DNA of 64,000 nucleotides, from contig JAZUHB010000045.1 of assembly GCA_045641505.1 (NCBI GenBank), positions 752 to 64,751 on the forward strand. Reading direction: 5' to 3'. Of this stretch, positions 1-8,253 are shown one piece after another; within the stretch, counting starts at the first letter, position 1, and every line of letters starts with the position of its first letter. Under the pieces are notes generated by a model. It saw only the letters and a list, made by a program, of their open reading frames with translations. It had not been told where the DNA came from and did not search any database. Origin of the DNA: Bianqueaceae bacterium (GTDB lineage Bacteria > Bacillota > Clostridia > Lachnospirales > Bianqueaceae). Position numbers and translations under genes: made by a program.

Positions 1-1
1 A

Positions 2-1543
2 GCCCTGCCGCTCGAGCGCTTCGAGCTGCCCCGCGCCGAGGCGATTGCGTTCATGAAGGAAAAGGATGAGCCGTACAAGGTCGAGCTGATCGAGGATCTG
101 CCCGAGGACGCCGCCATCTCCTTCTACCGCCAGGGCGAGTTCACCGACCTCTGCGCCGGCCCACACCTGATGAACACCAAGCAGCTCAAGGCCTTCAAGA
201 TCACCTCCGTCGCCGGCGCGTACTGGCGCGGCGATTCCAAGCGCAAGATGCTGCAGCGCCTCTACGCCACCGCCTTCTCCAAGAAGGAAGAGCTGGATCA
301 GTACCTGGCCCGCATCGAGGAGGCCAAGAAGCGCGACCACCGCAAGCTCGGCAAGGAGCTCGGCCTCTTCGCGTTCCGCGACGAAGCGCCCGGCTTCCCC
401 TTCTATCTGCCGAAGGGCATGGTGCTCAAGAACACCCTGATCGACTACTGGCGTCAGGTGCACAAGAAGTGGGACTACCTGGAGATCTCCACGCCCCAGA
501 TCATGAAGCGCACCCTGTGGGAGACCAGCGGCCACTGGGATCACTACAAGGATAACATGTACACCACCGTGATCGACGAAGAGGACTTCGCGATCAAGCC
601 GATGAACTGCCCCGGCAGCATCCTGGTCTACTCCCTCGAGCCGCACTCCTACCGCGACCTGCCCCTCCGCTACGGCGAGCTGGGTCTGGTGCACCGCCAC
701 GAGCTCTCCGGCGCGCTGCACGGCATGTTCCGCGTCCGCTGCTTCACTCAGGACGACGCGCACATCCTGCTGGCCAAGGACCAGATCCAGAACGAGGTCG
801 TACGCATCGCGAAGCTGCTGGATGAGGTCTACACGATGTTCGGCCTGCCCTACACCATCGAGCTGTCCACCATGCCCGAGGACCATATCGGCTCCGTCGC
901 GGACTGGGATCTGGCCACCGCCGCGCTGGCGGATGCCATCACCTCCATCGGCAAGACCTACGTGGTCAACCCCGGCGACGGCGCCTTCTACGGCCCGAAG
1001 CTGGACTACCACGTCGAGGACAGCCTGGGCCGCACCTGGGAGTGCGGTAGCATCCAGCTGGACTACCAGCTGCCCGGCCGCTTCAACCTGGAGTACACCG
1101 ACGCGAACGGCGAGAAGCAGTGCCCCGTCATGATCCACCGCGTGGTCTTCGGCTCCATCGAGCGCTTCATGGGCGTGATCACCGAGCACTTCGCCGGCGC
1201 CTTCCCCACCTGGCTGGCGCCCGTCCAGGTCCGCGTGCTGCCCATCTCCGACAAGTACATGGAGCAGGCGGCGGCGGTCAAGGACGGTCTCGACAAGGCC
1301 GGGCTCCGCGCCGAGCTGGATGACCGCAGCGAGAAGATCGGCTACAAGATCCGCGACGCCCGCATGCAGCGCATCCCCTACATGCTGATCATCGGCGAGA
1401 AGGAGACCGAGTCCGGCACCTACTCCGTCCGCGGCCGCGCGCAGGGCGACATGGGCAGCATGACGCCCGAGGCCTTCCTCAGCATGATCCGCGAGGAGAT
1501 CGACACCAAGGCGATCCTGAAGGCCGAGGCGGCCGAGGACTAA
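2..1543 (+). CDS. thrS: threonine--tRNA ligase, C-terminal ~510 aa (5' end lies outside the window)
   Basis: The frame is open from base 2. Class II aaRS core and anticodon-binding region are present (KRDHRKLGKELGLF, MNCPG, RVRCFTQDDAHI, GSIERF). Confidence 0.95.
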   Translation, partial: ALPLERFELPRAEAIAFMKEKDEPYKVELIEDLPEDAAISFYRQGEFTDLCAGPHLMNTKQLKAFKITSVAGAYWRGDSKRKMLQRLYATAFSKKEELDQYLARIEEAKKRDHRKLGKELGLFAFRDEAPGFPFYLPKGMVLKNTLIDYWRQVHKKWDYLEISTPQIMKRTLWETSGHWDHYKDNMYTTVIDEEDFAIKPMNCPGSILVYSLEPHSYRDLPLRYGELGLVHRHELSGALHGMFRVRCFTQDDAHILLAKDQIQNEVVRIAKLLDEVYTMFGLPYTIELSTMPEDHIGSVADWDLATAALADAITSIGKTYVVNPGDGAFYGPKLDYHVEDSLGRTWECGSIQLDYQLPGRFNLEYTDANGEKQCPVMIHRVVFGSIERFMGVITEHFAGAFPTWLAPVQVRVLPISDKYMEQAAAVKDGLDKAGLRAELDDRSEKIGYKIRDARMQRIPYMLIIGEKETESGTYSVRGRAQGDMGSMTPEAFLSMIREEIDTKAILKAEAAED

Positions 1544-1546
1544 GGC

Positions 1547-2041
1547 ATGGCGGAAACTGTCGCGAACTGGCTGCAGGAAACGCTGCACATCGGCCCCGGC
1601 TTCGTCACCTTTATCGTGTCGATGCTGCCCATCCTGGAGCTCCGGGGCGGTCTGATCGTCGGCGCGCTTTTCAAGCTTCCCTACTGGAAGGCGCTCGCGC
1701 TTTCCGTGGCCGGCAATATCGTTCCGATCCCGTTCATCCTCTTCCTGCTGACGCCCGTTTTCAACTGGCTGAAGGCGCACGTGAAATTCCTGCGCCCGCT
1801 CATCGAGAAGTACGAGGCGAAGGCGGAGAGCAAGAAGGACAAGATCGCCAAGGCCGAGTTCTGGGGGCTCCTGCTCTTCGTGGGCATCCCGCTGCCCGGC
1901 ACCGGCGCCTGGACCGGCGGCTTCATCGCCTCCATTCTGGGTGTGAACTGGAAGAAAGCGGTCTGCGCCATCCTGCTGGGTCTCGTCATGGCCGCCGCGA
2001 TCATGAGCGTGATCACTTACGTGCTTCCTGCCCTGTTTTGA
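1547..2041 (+). CDS. small integral membrane protein, 'putative small multidrug export' family (COG2426/PF06695-like)
   Basis: 164 aa with 4-5 hydrophobic helices. Family-like motifs LELRGGLIVG and GIPLPGTGAWTGG. Starts 3 nt after the thrS stop. Confidence 0.7.
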   Translation: MAETVANWLQETLHIGPGFVTFIVSMLPILELRGGLIVGALFKLPYWKALALSVAGNIVPIPFILFLLTPVFNWLKAHVKFLRPLIEKYEAKAESKKDKIAKAEFWGLLLFVGIPLPGTGAWTGGFIASILGVNWKKAVCAILLGLVMAAAIMSVITYVLPALF

Positions 2042-2046
2042 AACGA

Positions 2047-2090
2047 CAGGGGACGCGGCTCTTCGCAAAGCTGCGTCCCCTGATTTATTT
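2047..2090 (+). terminator. rho-independent terminator after the thrS/membrane-protein unit
   Basis: Stem CAGGGGACGC (2047-2056) pairs with GCGTCCCCTG (2073-2082), followed by ATTTATTT. Confidence 0.6.
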
Positions 2091-2105
2091 CCCGGGAAAT
2101 CTGAC

Positions 2106-3008
2106 ATGACTTATCTCGAATCGTTTACCCTCCCCATCGACCGGGAGGAGGAGCTCTGGGAGCTCCGGGCCGGCGAGAACGGCGGCGCCCACGGCTACGT
2201 CGACAACGAATGGCCGCTCGGCCTGTTCCGCAGCCGGGAGTTCGGCCGCGTGGACTTCCGTCCCGTGACAATCTTCTACGGCGGCAACGGCAGCGGCAAG
2301 AGCACGCTCCTGAACCTCATCGCCGAGAAGCTCGGCCTCAAGCGCAGCGCGCCCTGGAACCGGGGCGAGATGATCCCGCTCTACGTGGACGCCTGCGAGG
2401 CGGAACTGGCCTGGGGCGACGACGGCCCGCTCGAGGCCGTTCCTGCGGGCAGCGCGATCATCACGAGCGACGACATCTTCGACTACATGCTGGCCGCGCG
2501 GACGAACAACGAGGACATCACCGAGAACCGCGCCGAGGCCCGCGAGGACTGGGGCCGGCTCCGCTACGGCGAGACCGTCCGCCTGCAGGGCCTCGAGGAC
2601 TACGAGCTGCTCCGCGCCCAGGTGCTCGCCCGCTCGAAGAGCGTCAGTCGCCGGAGGTTCATCGAGCGCACCGCCGGCAGCGAGACGAAGCTCCGCTCGA
2701 ACGGCGAGACCGCCCTCCTCTACTTCGAGAAGCTCCTCGCGGACGACCGGCTGTATCTTCTGGACGAGCCGGAAAACAGCATGTCGCCGGCCTTCCAGCT
2801 GCGGCTCCGGGAGCTGCTCGAGACCTCGGTCCGCTACCTCGGCTGCCAGCTGGTGATCGCCACGCACTCGCCCTTCCTGCTCTCGATGGAGGGCGCCCGG
2901 ATCTACGATCTGGACGCGAGTCCCGTCGAGATCCGCAGCTGGTGGGAGCTGGAGAACGTCCGCACCTACTATGAGTTCTTCGAAGAGAACCGGAAGCTGT
3001 TCCGGTAA
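2106..3008 (+). CDS. stand-alone ABC-type/AAA ATPase (AAA_21-like), no fused effector domain
   Basis: Walker A GGNGSGKST, signature-like RSNGET, Walker B LYLLDEPENSM, H-loop IATHSPF. 300 aa. Confidence 0.85.
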   Translation: MTYLESFTLPIDREEELWELRAGENGGAHGYVDNEWPLGLFRSREFGRVDFRPVTIFYGGNGSGKSTLLNLIAEKLGLKRSAPWNRGEMIPLYVDACEAELAWGDDGPLEAVPAGSAIITSDDIFDYMLAARTNNEDITENRAEAREDWGRLRYGETVRLQGLEDYELLRAQVLARSKSVSRRRFIERTAGSETKLRSNGETALLYFEKLLADDRLYLLDEPENSMSPAFQLRLRELLETSVRYLGCQLVIATHSPFLLSMEGARIYDLDASPVEIRSWWELENVRTYYEFFEENRKLFR

Positions 3009-3067
3009 ACGCGAAAAAAGGGCCGGGCTCCCGATCAGGAGCGAGCGACCCAAGGTTTGAAAAAGTG

Positions 3068-3093
3068 CAGCGGCGCTGATGCACCGCTTTTTT
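3068..3093 (+). terminator. probable terminator of the ATPase gene
   Basis: GCGGCGC-TGAT-GCACCGC hairpin with one mismatch, followed by TTTTTT (3088-3093). Confidence 0.5.
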
Positions 3094-3170
3094 CGCGCGA
3101 TCGCGCGCACCCGCGCATTCCGGCGCATTTGCCTCGATGTTGTCTCGTTTTTTCGTTTCGATTTGGCAAA

Positions 3171-3460
3171 TTTACGACAATTCAGAAATTCTTGCCGGAT
3201 TTGTCGTAAACAAAACAGTGACGTTTTCAGAATTTACGACAAATATGCTTCAGGAGGCAGTTCTGTCGTAAAGCGGATGCATCATTTCAAGCAAATGTGC
3301 GGCGGGGACGGAACTCGGCTTGCCGAAGACACATCCCAAGCCATCGAGACAGATAAAATTTACGACAAATATATCATTATAGCCGTTTTTGACGTAAATC
3401 TCGCAAAAGTGTTTTTTTGCTTTACGACAAATTTCCGTTATCCGGCCGATTTGTCGTAAA
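3171..3460. repeat. array of four 40-bp inverted-repeat units with arms TTTACGACAA(AT)/(AT)TTGTCGTAAA
   Basis: Units at 3171-3210, 3233-3272, 3359-3398 and 3421-3460. Each is exactly 40 bp end to end. Unit 4 has perfect 12-bp arms; units 2 and 3 carry 1-2 arm mismatches. Unit starts are offset by 62, 126 and 62 bp. Confidence 0.85.
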
Positions 3461-3600
3461 TTTTGAAAAAGAGCTCCGAAAAATGAGACGAAGCCGCAGG
3501 CAGCGCAGCGGCAGGCCACGTTCCCGAAAACCCGCGCCCTTTCAGGGCTCGCAGGCTTTGGAATGCAGGAAACACAATCTGAAACGCGGCAAACACAAGA

Positions 3601-3640
3601 AAACCCGCCGGGGAGGAAAATTTTCCTCTCCGGCGGGTTT
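3601..3640. terminator. bidirectional hairpin terminator (40-bp near-perfect palindrome)
   Basis: AAACCCGCCGGGGAGGAAAA/TTTTCCTCTCCGGCGGGTTT with one mismatch. T-rich on both flanks. Lies downstream of the nahK-like stop on the minus strand. Confidence 0.7.
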
Positions 3641-3798
3641 TGCTTTCCGCTCAGCAAATCGGGATTAATCTGTCTCCGTAACATACATCAGCTTTTGCCG
3701 TACAAAATCTGCATGCCGGAAAACATCCTTCTCACACTATGGCGAAGGAATCTGGCTCGTTTTATGTGCATCCTGGGCGGCGCGCCTCATTCGGCCCG

Positions 3799-4899
3799 TC
3801 AGCGGCCGGCGGCGCACTTCTCGAGCTCGTCGCGGACGATGAAGCTCAGCTCGTCGTACTTCCGCATGATGTCCTGCGCGAGACGCAGCTGCGCGCGGGT
3901 GCGCACCAGATTGTGGCCCGGGTAATTGGTCTTGAAATACTGGTCGCCGGTCAGGTAATCGTCGAGGAACCGGGCCGCCAGCTCGACCGTGATCGAGAAG
4001 GTCGCGAGGACCAGGGCATCGAGCTCCGCCTCCGTGAGGACCTCCCGCACCTGCCGGATGTAGCCCTGGCAGAAGGCGCGGAATTTCGAGGTGTCGAAAT
4101 AGACGCGGGTGAGGTCCGGCTCATCCTCCCGGGCGGTGTTCGCGATGAAGCGGACCGCGTCGGCGAAGTCGTACATGCTCATGCCGGGCATGACCGTGTC
4201 CAGATCGATCACGGCCAGCGGACGCTTCGTGACCCGGTCGAACAGGACGTTGTTGCACTTGGTGTCGTTATGGGTGACGCGGGCCGGGAACTCGCCCCGC
4301 TCGAAGCGGAACGAAAGCTCGCTGGCCTTGAGGCGCACCTGCGAGATATACTCGATCTCCTCGCGGCACTCCTCCGCCCGGCCGCAGGGATCCTCCAGCA
4401 CGTGCAGGAACAGCGTGTCCAGACGCTTGCGGGTGTTGTGGAAATCCGGGATGGTCTCGTGCAGGAGATTGCCGTCGAGGTCCGACAGCTGCATCTGGAA
4501 GCGGCCGAAGGCCTCGCCCGTGGCCGCGATGGTGGCCGGGTCCTCGCAGACGTCGTAGGTGATCGAATCGACGAAGTTGCGGACACGCCAGAAGCTCTCG
4601 GCGTCCGCGTACCAATAGTTCAGCCCGTCCTCCGTGTGATGGAAGTGCAGCGACACGCCCTCGGGGTTCTTGACGCGGATATGCTCCGTCACGCGGTCGA
4701 TGTTCTCCATGATCTCGACCGGATTCTTGAAGACGAGTGTGTTGACCCGCTGGAACATGTAGGTCTTCGTCGTCTTGTCCTCGCTCCGGTAGGTCACACG
4801 GAAGGTCGTATTGATATTGCCCTGGGTGATTTTCTCGTAAGAATAAAGCTTGCCGGGCAGCCGGAATTTCTCGCCGACCGCCGCCAATGTTTCGAACAT
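3799..4899 (-). CDS. nahK: N-acetylhexosamine 1-kinase-like phosphotransferase (APH/NahK family)
   Basis: 366 aa. Motifs GNINTTF, VTHNDTKCNNVLFD, IDLDTVMPG and GHNLVRTRAQLRL match my recollection of Bifidobacterium NahK. Confidence 0.7.
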   Translation of the reverse strand: MFETLAAVGEKFRLPGKLYSYEKITQGNINTTFRVTYRSEDKTTKTYMFQRVNTLVFKNPVEIMENIDRVTEHIRVKNPEGVSLHFHHTEDGLNYWYADAESFWRVRNFVDSITYDVCEDPATIAATGEAFGRFQMQLSDLDGNLLHETIPDFHNTRKRLDTLFLHVLEDPCGRAEECREEIEYISQVRLKASELSFRFERGEFPARVTHNDTKCNNVLFDRVTKRPLAVIDLDTVMPGMSMYDFADAVRFIANTAREDEPDLTRVYFDTSKFRAFCQGYIRQVREVLTEAELDALVLATFSITVELAARFLDDYLTGDQYFKTNYPGHNLVRTRAQLRLAQDIMRKYDELSFIVRDELEKCAAGR

Positions 4900-5020
4900 A
4901 GTGCCTCCTTGGCTGATCTGCCACGGTTTAATCTGTACTCAGTGTAGCACATCCGGCGGAATATGACAACCTGACCCGGAGCTCCGCCCGGACGGCCGCC
5001 GCGCACGGCAACAACGCAGC

Positions 5021-5054
5021 AAAAAAGACGCCGCGAAAAAGCGGCGTCTTTTTG
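5021..5054. terminator. bidirectional rho-independent terminator
   Basis: AAAAAAGACGCCGC-GAAAAA-GCGGCGTCTTTTT, a perfect 9-bp GC-rich stem flanked by an A-run and a T-run. Confidence 0.75.
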
Positions 5055-5135
5055 TGTTTCTTGTTACTTGCGCGCACCCTGTGATGGCCGGAAACGGCCG
5101 CGGAAATACAGCGGAGCAGGAACAGGGACGCGGAC

Positions 5136-5282
5136 TTACAAAGCAAGCAATGCGCTCAGGTATGCCACGGATTCGCTCGAACCCGCCGTGCTGTCGAATG
5201 GCCAGAAGAAATACATCACGACACAGCAGATGATGAGCAAAAGCAGGCATAGGCCCATGAAGGACCAAAATGCTTTTTTCAT
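5136..5282 (-). CDS. 48-aa hydrophobic membrane peptide (not in the supplied ORF track)
   Basis: MKKAFWSFMGLCLLLLIICCVVMYFFWPFDSTAGSSESVAYLSALLAL. RBS GAGGTGG lies 4 nt upstream. Own promoter (5376-5404) and terminator (5021-5054). Confidence 0.4.
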   Translation of the reverse strand: MKKAFWSFMGLCLLLLIICCVVMYFFWPFDSTAGSSESVAYLSALLAL

Positions 5283-5375
5283 ACAGCCACCTCATGTTTT
5301 TTCGGTAGGTTTCCCAAGGGTGGGCTGCCTGTGACGCGGCCGTCCGGGAAAGGAAAAGTGACACTCAGTACAATG

Positions 5376-5404
5376 AGTATAGCATACGCCTTTTCGCATT
5401 GCAA
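5376..5404 (-). promoter_or_regulatory. sigma-A-type promoter for the small peptide gene
   Basis: Minus strand reads TTGCAA-17 nt-TATACT with a TGn extended -10. Confidence 0.4.
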
Positions 5405-5430
5405 GCAAATGCTCATGAAAAAATCCGGGC

Positions 5431-6876
5431 TTATACACCCAGGCAGGCATCGTAAAGCTTCACGAAGCGACGGTACTTCCGCTCGTACGCCTCATTCACG
5501 CGGGGAAGGTACTCCTCGCGGAAGCTGACGCAGGCGGCGCTCGCCGCGGCGAGATCCGGGAAACGGCCGGCGTCGGTCGCGGCGCAGAGGGCGGCGCCCA
5601 GGCAGGCAGCCTCCTTCTCGGCGGGGATGCGGACCGGCAGACCCGTGATGTCCGCCTGCATCTGGCACCAGAGACGGCTCTTCGCGCCGCCGCCGGTGGC
5701 AATGATGCTTTCGGGCGCGCAGCCCTTTCCGCGCAGGCATTCGCAATTCTTCCGGAGCACGAAGGCGACGCCCTCCATGACCGCGCGGGCCATGTCGACC
5801 GCGTCATGCTCCTGCCGGAGACCCCAGAAAACGCCGGTGGCGTTCGTGTCGAATTCCGGCGCGTTGGTGCCGACGATGTAGGGCAGGAAGATCAGCTGGC
5901 TCATGCCGCGCGCCTCCGCCGCCTCGTCGATCTCGCGGAGGGAGAGCTGGGGACAGCAGTTCCGGTGGAACCACTCGAGGCTCACGCCGCCGCTCTCGGC
6001 GACCGGCAGCTGCACATAGCTGTCCGGGAGGAAGCCGTAGTGCATCGCCAGGCCGCAGCTGCGGGGGGCGGGCTCCGGGCAGAGGGTGGCCATCGCCATC
6101 ACGGTGCCGGTGGAGAGGGTGATGCTGCCGGGACGGATGTTGCCCGTGCCGATCATGCCGGCGAAATGGTCCAGGGTGCCGACGTTCACGCGGGTGCCGG
6201 GGCGGATCTGGAGCCGCTGCGGAAACTCGGGCAGAAGCTCTCCCGCGAAGGTCCGGGGCTCCGTGAGGGGCGGAAGCTGGTCCTCGCGCACGCCGATGGC
6301 GCCGAGCATTTCCTTCCAGTAGCGCTTTTCGTAGATGTCGAAATAGAAGCTGAAGGTCGCGATGGACATGTCCGCCATCTTGCGGCTGGTGAGCCGGTAG
6401 ATGATGTAATCCTTCAGCAGCATGTAGGTCTTCGCGGCGGCGTAGATCCCGGGCCGCTCGTGGCGGAGCCACAGGATCTTCGTGGCGGGCCAGGTCGGGA
6501 GCACCGCCATCTGGCCGGTGACGGCCTCGCAGAGCGCCGGCGGGAAGAGGCGGCTAAGCTCCTCGCATTCCTTCACGGAGCGCTCGTCCATCCAGGAGAT
6601 CGCGTTCATGAGGGGCCGTCCGTCCGCGCCTAGGACCACCAGGGACTCCGCCTGACCGGTGAAGGAGAGCTCGGTGACCTCGGTCACGGAGTTCGCGGAG
6701 AGGAGCTCCCGCAGGAGCTCGATCAGTCCCTCGAAGTAGACCTCGGCGTCGAACTCCACGAAGCCCTGCGGCCGCAGGTACTCCACGGGGCAGCTGCTCC
6801 GGTCGATCAGGCGCATATCCCGGTCATACAGGGCAGCCTTGATGTTGGTGCTGCCCAGGTCGATTCCGATATACAT
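5431..6876 (-). CDS. FGGY-family carbohydrate kinase (xylulokinase-like)
   Basis: N-terminal YIGIDLGSTNIKA, C-terminal ATGGGAKS. 481 aa. Confidence 0.9.
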   Translation of the reverse strand: MYIGIDLGSTNIKAALYDRDMRLIDRSSCPVEYLRPQGFVEFDAEVYFEGLIELLRELLSANSVTEVTELSFTGQAESLVVLGADGRPLMNAISWMDERSVKECEELSRLFPPALCEAVTGQMAVLPTWPATKILWLRHERPGIYAAAKTYMLLKDYIIYRLTSRKMADMSIATFSFYFDIYEKRYWKEMLGAIGVREDQLPPLTEPRTFAGELLPEFPQRLQIRPGTRVNVGTLDHFAGMIGTGNIRPGSITLSTGTVMAMATLCPEPAPRSCGLAMHYGFLPDSYVQLPVAESGGVSLEWFHRNCCPQLSLREIDEAAEARGMSQLIFLPYIVGTNAPEFDTNATGVFWGLRQEHDAVDMARAVMEGVAFVLRKNCECLRGKGCAPESIIATGGGAKSRLWCQMQADITGLPVRIPAEKEAACLGAALCAATDAGRFPDLAAASAACVSFREEYLPRVNEAYERKYRRFVKLYDACLGV

Positions 6877-6877
6877 C

Positions 6878-8239
6878 TCAGTAGACGAACTCGATGTCCG
6901 CCATCGCGCAGAAGTCCCGCAGGGCCTCCACGTAGTTGCCGTAGGCCACGATCACGTGCTGGCCGGAGACGCGCTGCGCGAACTCCTCGACGGTGCAGGA
7001 GTCCGGGAAAACCTCCAGGCTGGGGAGCTGCGGCGCGGGATCGTCCCAGCCGAACTCGTTCCAGGGGGCCGGCGTCTTCGCCTCGGCGGTGTAGACGTGC
7101 ATCTTGTATCTGCCGTGCGTGTAGACCAGGCGCGCGCAGGTGACGTAGCCGGTCTTCACCTTCGAAACGTTGAGGAGCGACGCGGAGAGCAGGCCGAACG
7201 CGGCGGGCAGCACCGTGACGTCGCCCGCGGTGGCGGAGCGCGGCACGAAATCGGGCACGCCGATCAGCATGCTGTTCTCGAAGAACTCATAGTATTCCAG
7301 ATAGGGGACGGTCTGGCCGCTCACGTACTTCATGATCAGCTGAGTGACCGCGCCCATCACGTCGTTCTCGGGGATCGTAAGGATGTCGCAGTAGTGCTCC
7401 AGCAGCATGAAGACCATCGCGGGCGGGAAGCCCAGGAGCTTCTTCATGCCGTCCACGTCGATCAGGGTGATCGCCTCGAGACCGCGCTCGCGGATCTTCT
7501 TCACGATCGCCAGCGCGTATTTCACGCCCTTCTCCACGACGGAATCGTCGCAGGGCTTGCTGAAGACCCAGTTGCTCTTCACGAAGGCGACGCCCTCGGC
7601 CACCTCGGCCGCGTCGAGCGTCTCCATGTTCTGGACCATCTCGAGCATTTCGAAGGGCTCGACCTCGACGCCGATCTGGCCGCGCATGGAGTTTCCTTCA
7701 TACTGCGTGCCGTAGAGCAGCATGTCGCGGTAGCCCATGGAGCCGACGCGGGCGCCGCGCAGCTGCTTCTTCGCGTAGGAGGCCTCGACGAAGGCCTCGA
7801 TTTTGTCCAGCGGATGCGGACGGCCGATCACGCTGTAGACGTACTTGAAGCTGTAGTCCATCGCCTCCAGCGCGGGCCGGATCGCAGTGGTGCCGGCCTG
7901 ATCCGCGGTGGTGATCAGGCGGCCGTTTTCCTTCCAGCCGCAGAGACCCCACAGCAGGATGGGGAGGTGGCGGAAATGATCCAGCACGTAGATCACGGCA
8001 TGGGTGGGCACCCAGCCCGCCACACAGGCGATCACGCAGTCATAGTCGGCGGTGCCGAGCTTCGCCAGCGCGTCCTTCGCGTAGGCGTAGGCAGGGTCGT
8101 CGATGACGATGCCGGCGTCGGTCACGGGACCGATCTTTTCGCACAGGGCCGCGAGCGCCTCGTCATGCTTGAGCTGCAGGCGCTCGAAGGGGGTATTGAT
8201 CTCGCCGAAGCAGACGAATCCCACGTTTCTCATATTCAT
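6878..8239 (-). CDS. L-fucose/L-arabinose isomerase-family protein
   Basis: 453 aa with the family layout (N-terminal Rossmann-like part, C-terminal Fucose_iso_C-like part). Stop lies 1 nt from the kinase start. Confidence 0.65.
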   Translation of the reverse strand: MNMRNVGFVCFGEINTPFERLQLKHDEALAALCEKIGPVTDAGIVIDDPAYAYAKDALAKLGTADYDCVIACVAGWVPTHAVIYVLDHFRHLPILLWGLCGWKENGRLITTADQAGTTAIRPALEAMDYSFKYVYSVIGRPHPLDKIEAFVEASYAKKQLRGARVGSMGYRDMLLYGTQYEGNSMRGQIGVEVEPFEMLEMVQNMETLDAAEVAEGVAFVKSNWVFSKPCDDSVVEKGVKYALAIVKKIRERGLEAITLIDVDGMKKLLGFPPAMVFMLLEHYCDILTIPENDVMGAVTQLIMKYVSGQTVPYLEYYEFFENSMLIGVPDFVPRSATAGDVTVLPAAFGLLSASLLNVSKVKTGYVTCARLVYTHGRYKMHVYTAEAKTPAPWNEFGWDDPAPQLPSLEVFPDSCTVEEFAQRVSGQHVIVAYGNYVEALRDFCAMADIEFVY

Positions 8240-8253
8240 AGAGGATTCCTTTC

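Noticed and set aside
3171-3460. Inverted-repeat array as oriC/DnaA boxes, parS or a CRISPR array
   Set aside because: The motif TTTACGACAAAT does not resemble TTATCCACA or the parS consensus. The repeats are inverted pairs, not direct repeats with spacers. No dnaA, dnaN, par or cas genes lie nearby.
3079-3668. ORFs 3079..3459 (+), 3417..3668 (+, Arg-rich) and 3250..3684 (-) in the repeat-containing gap
   Set aside because: They have no ribosome-binding sites and implausible compositions. They run straight through the inverted repeats and the terminator palindrome.
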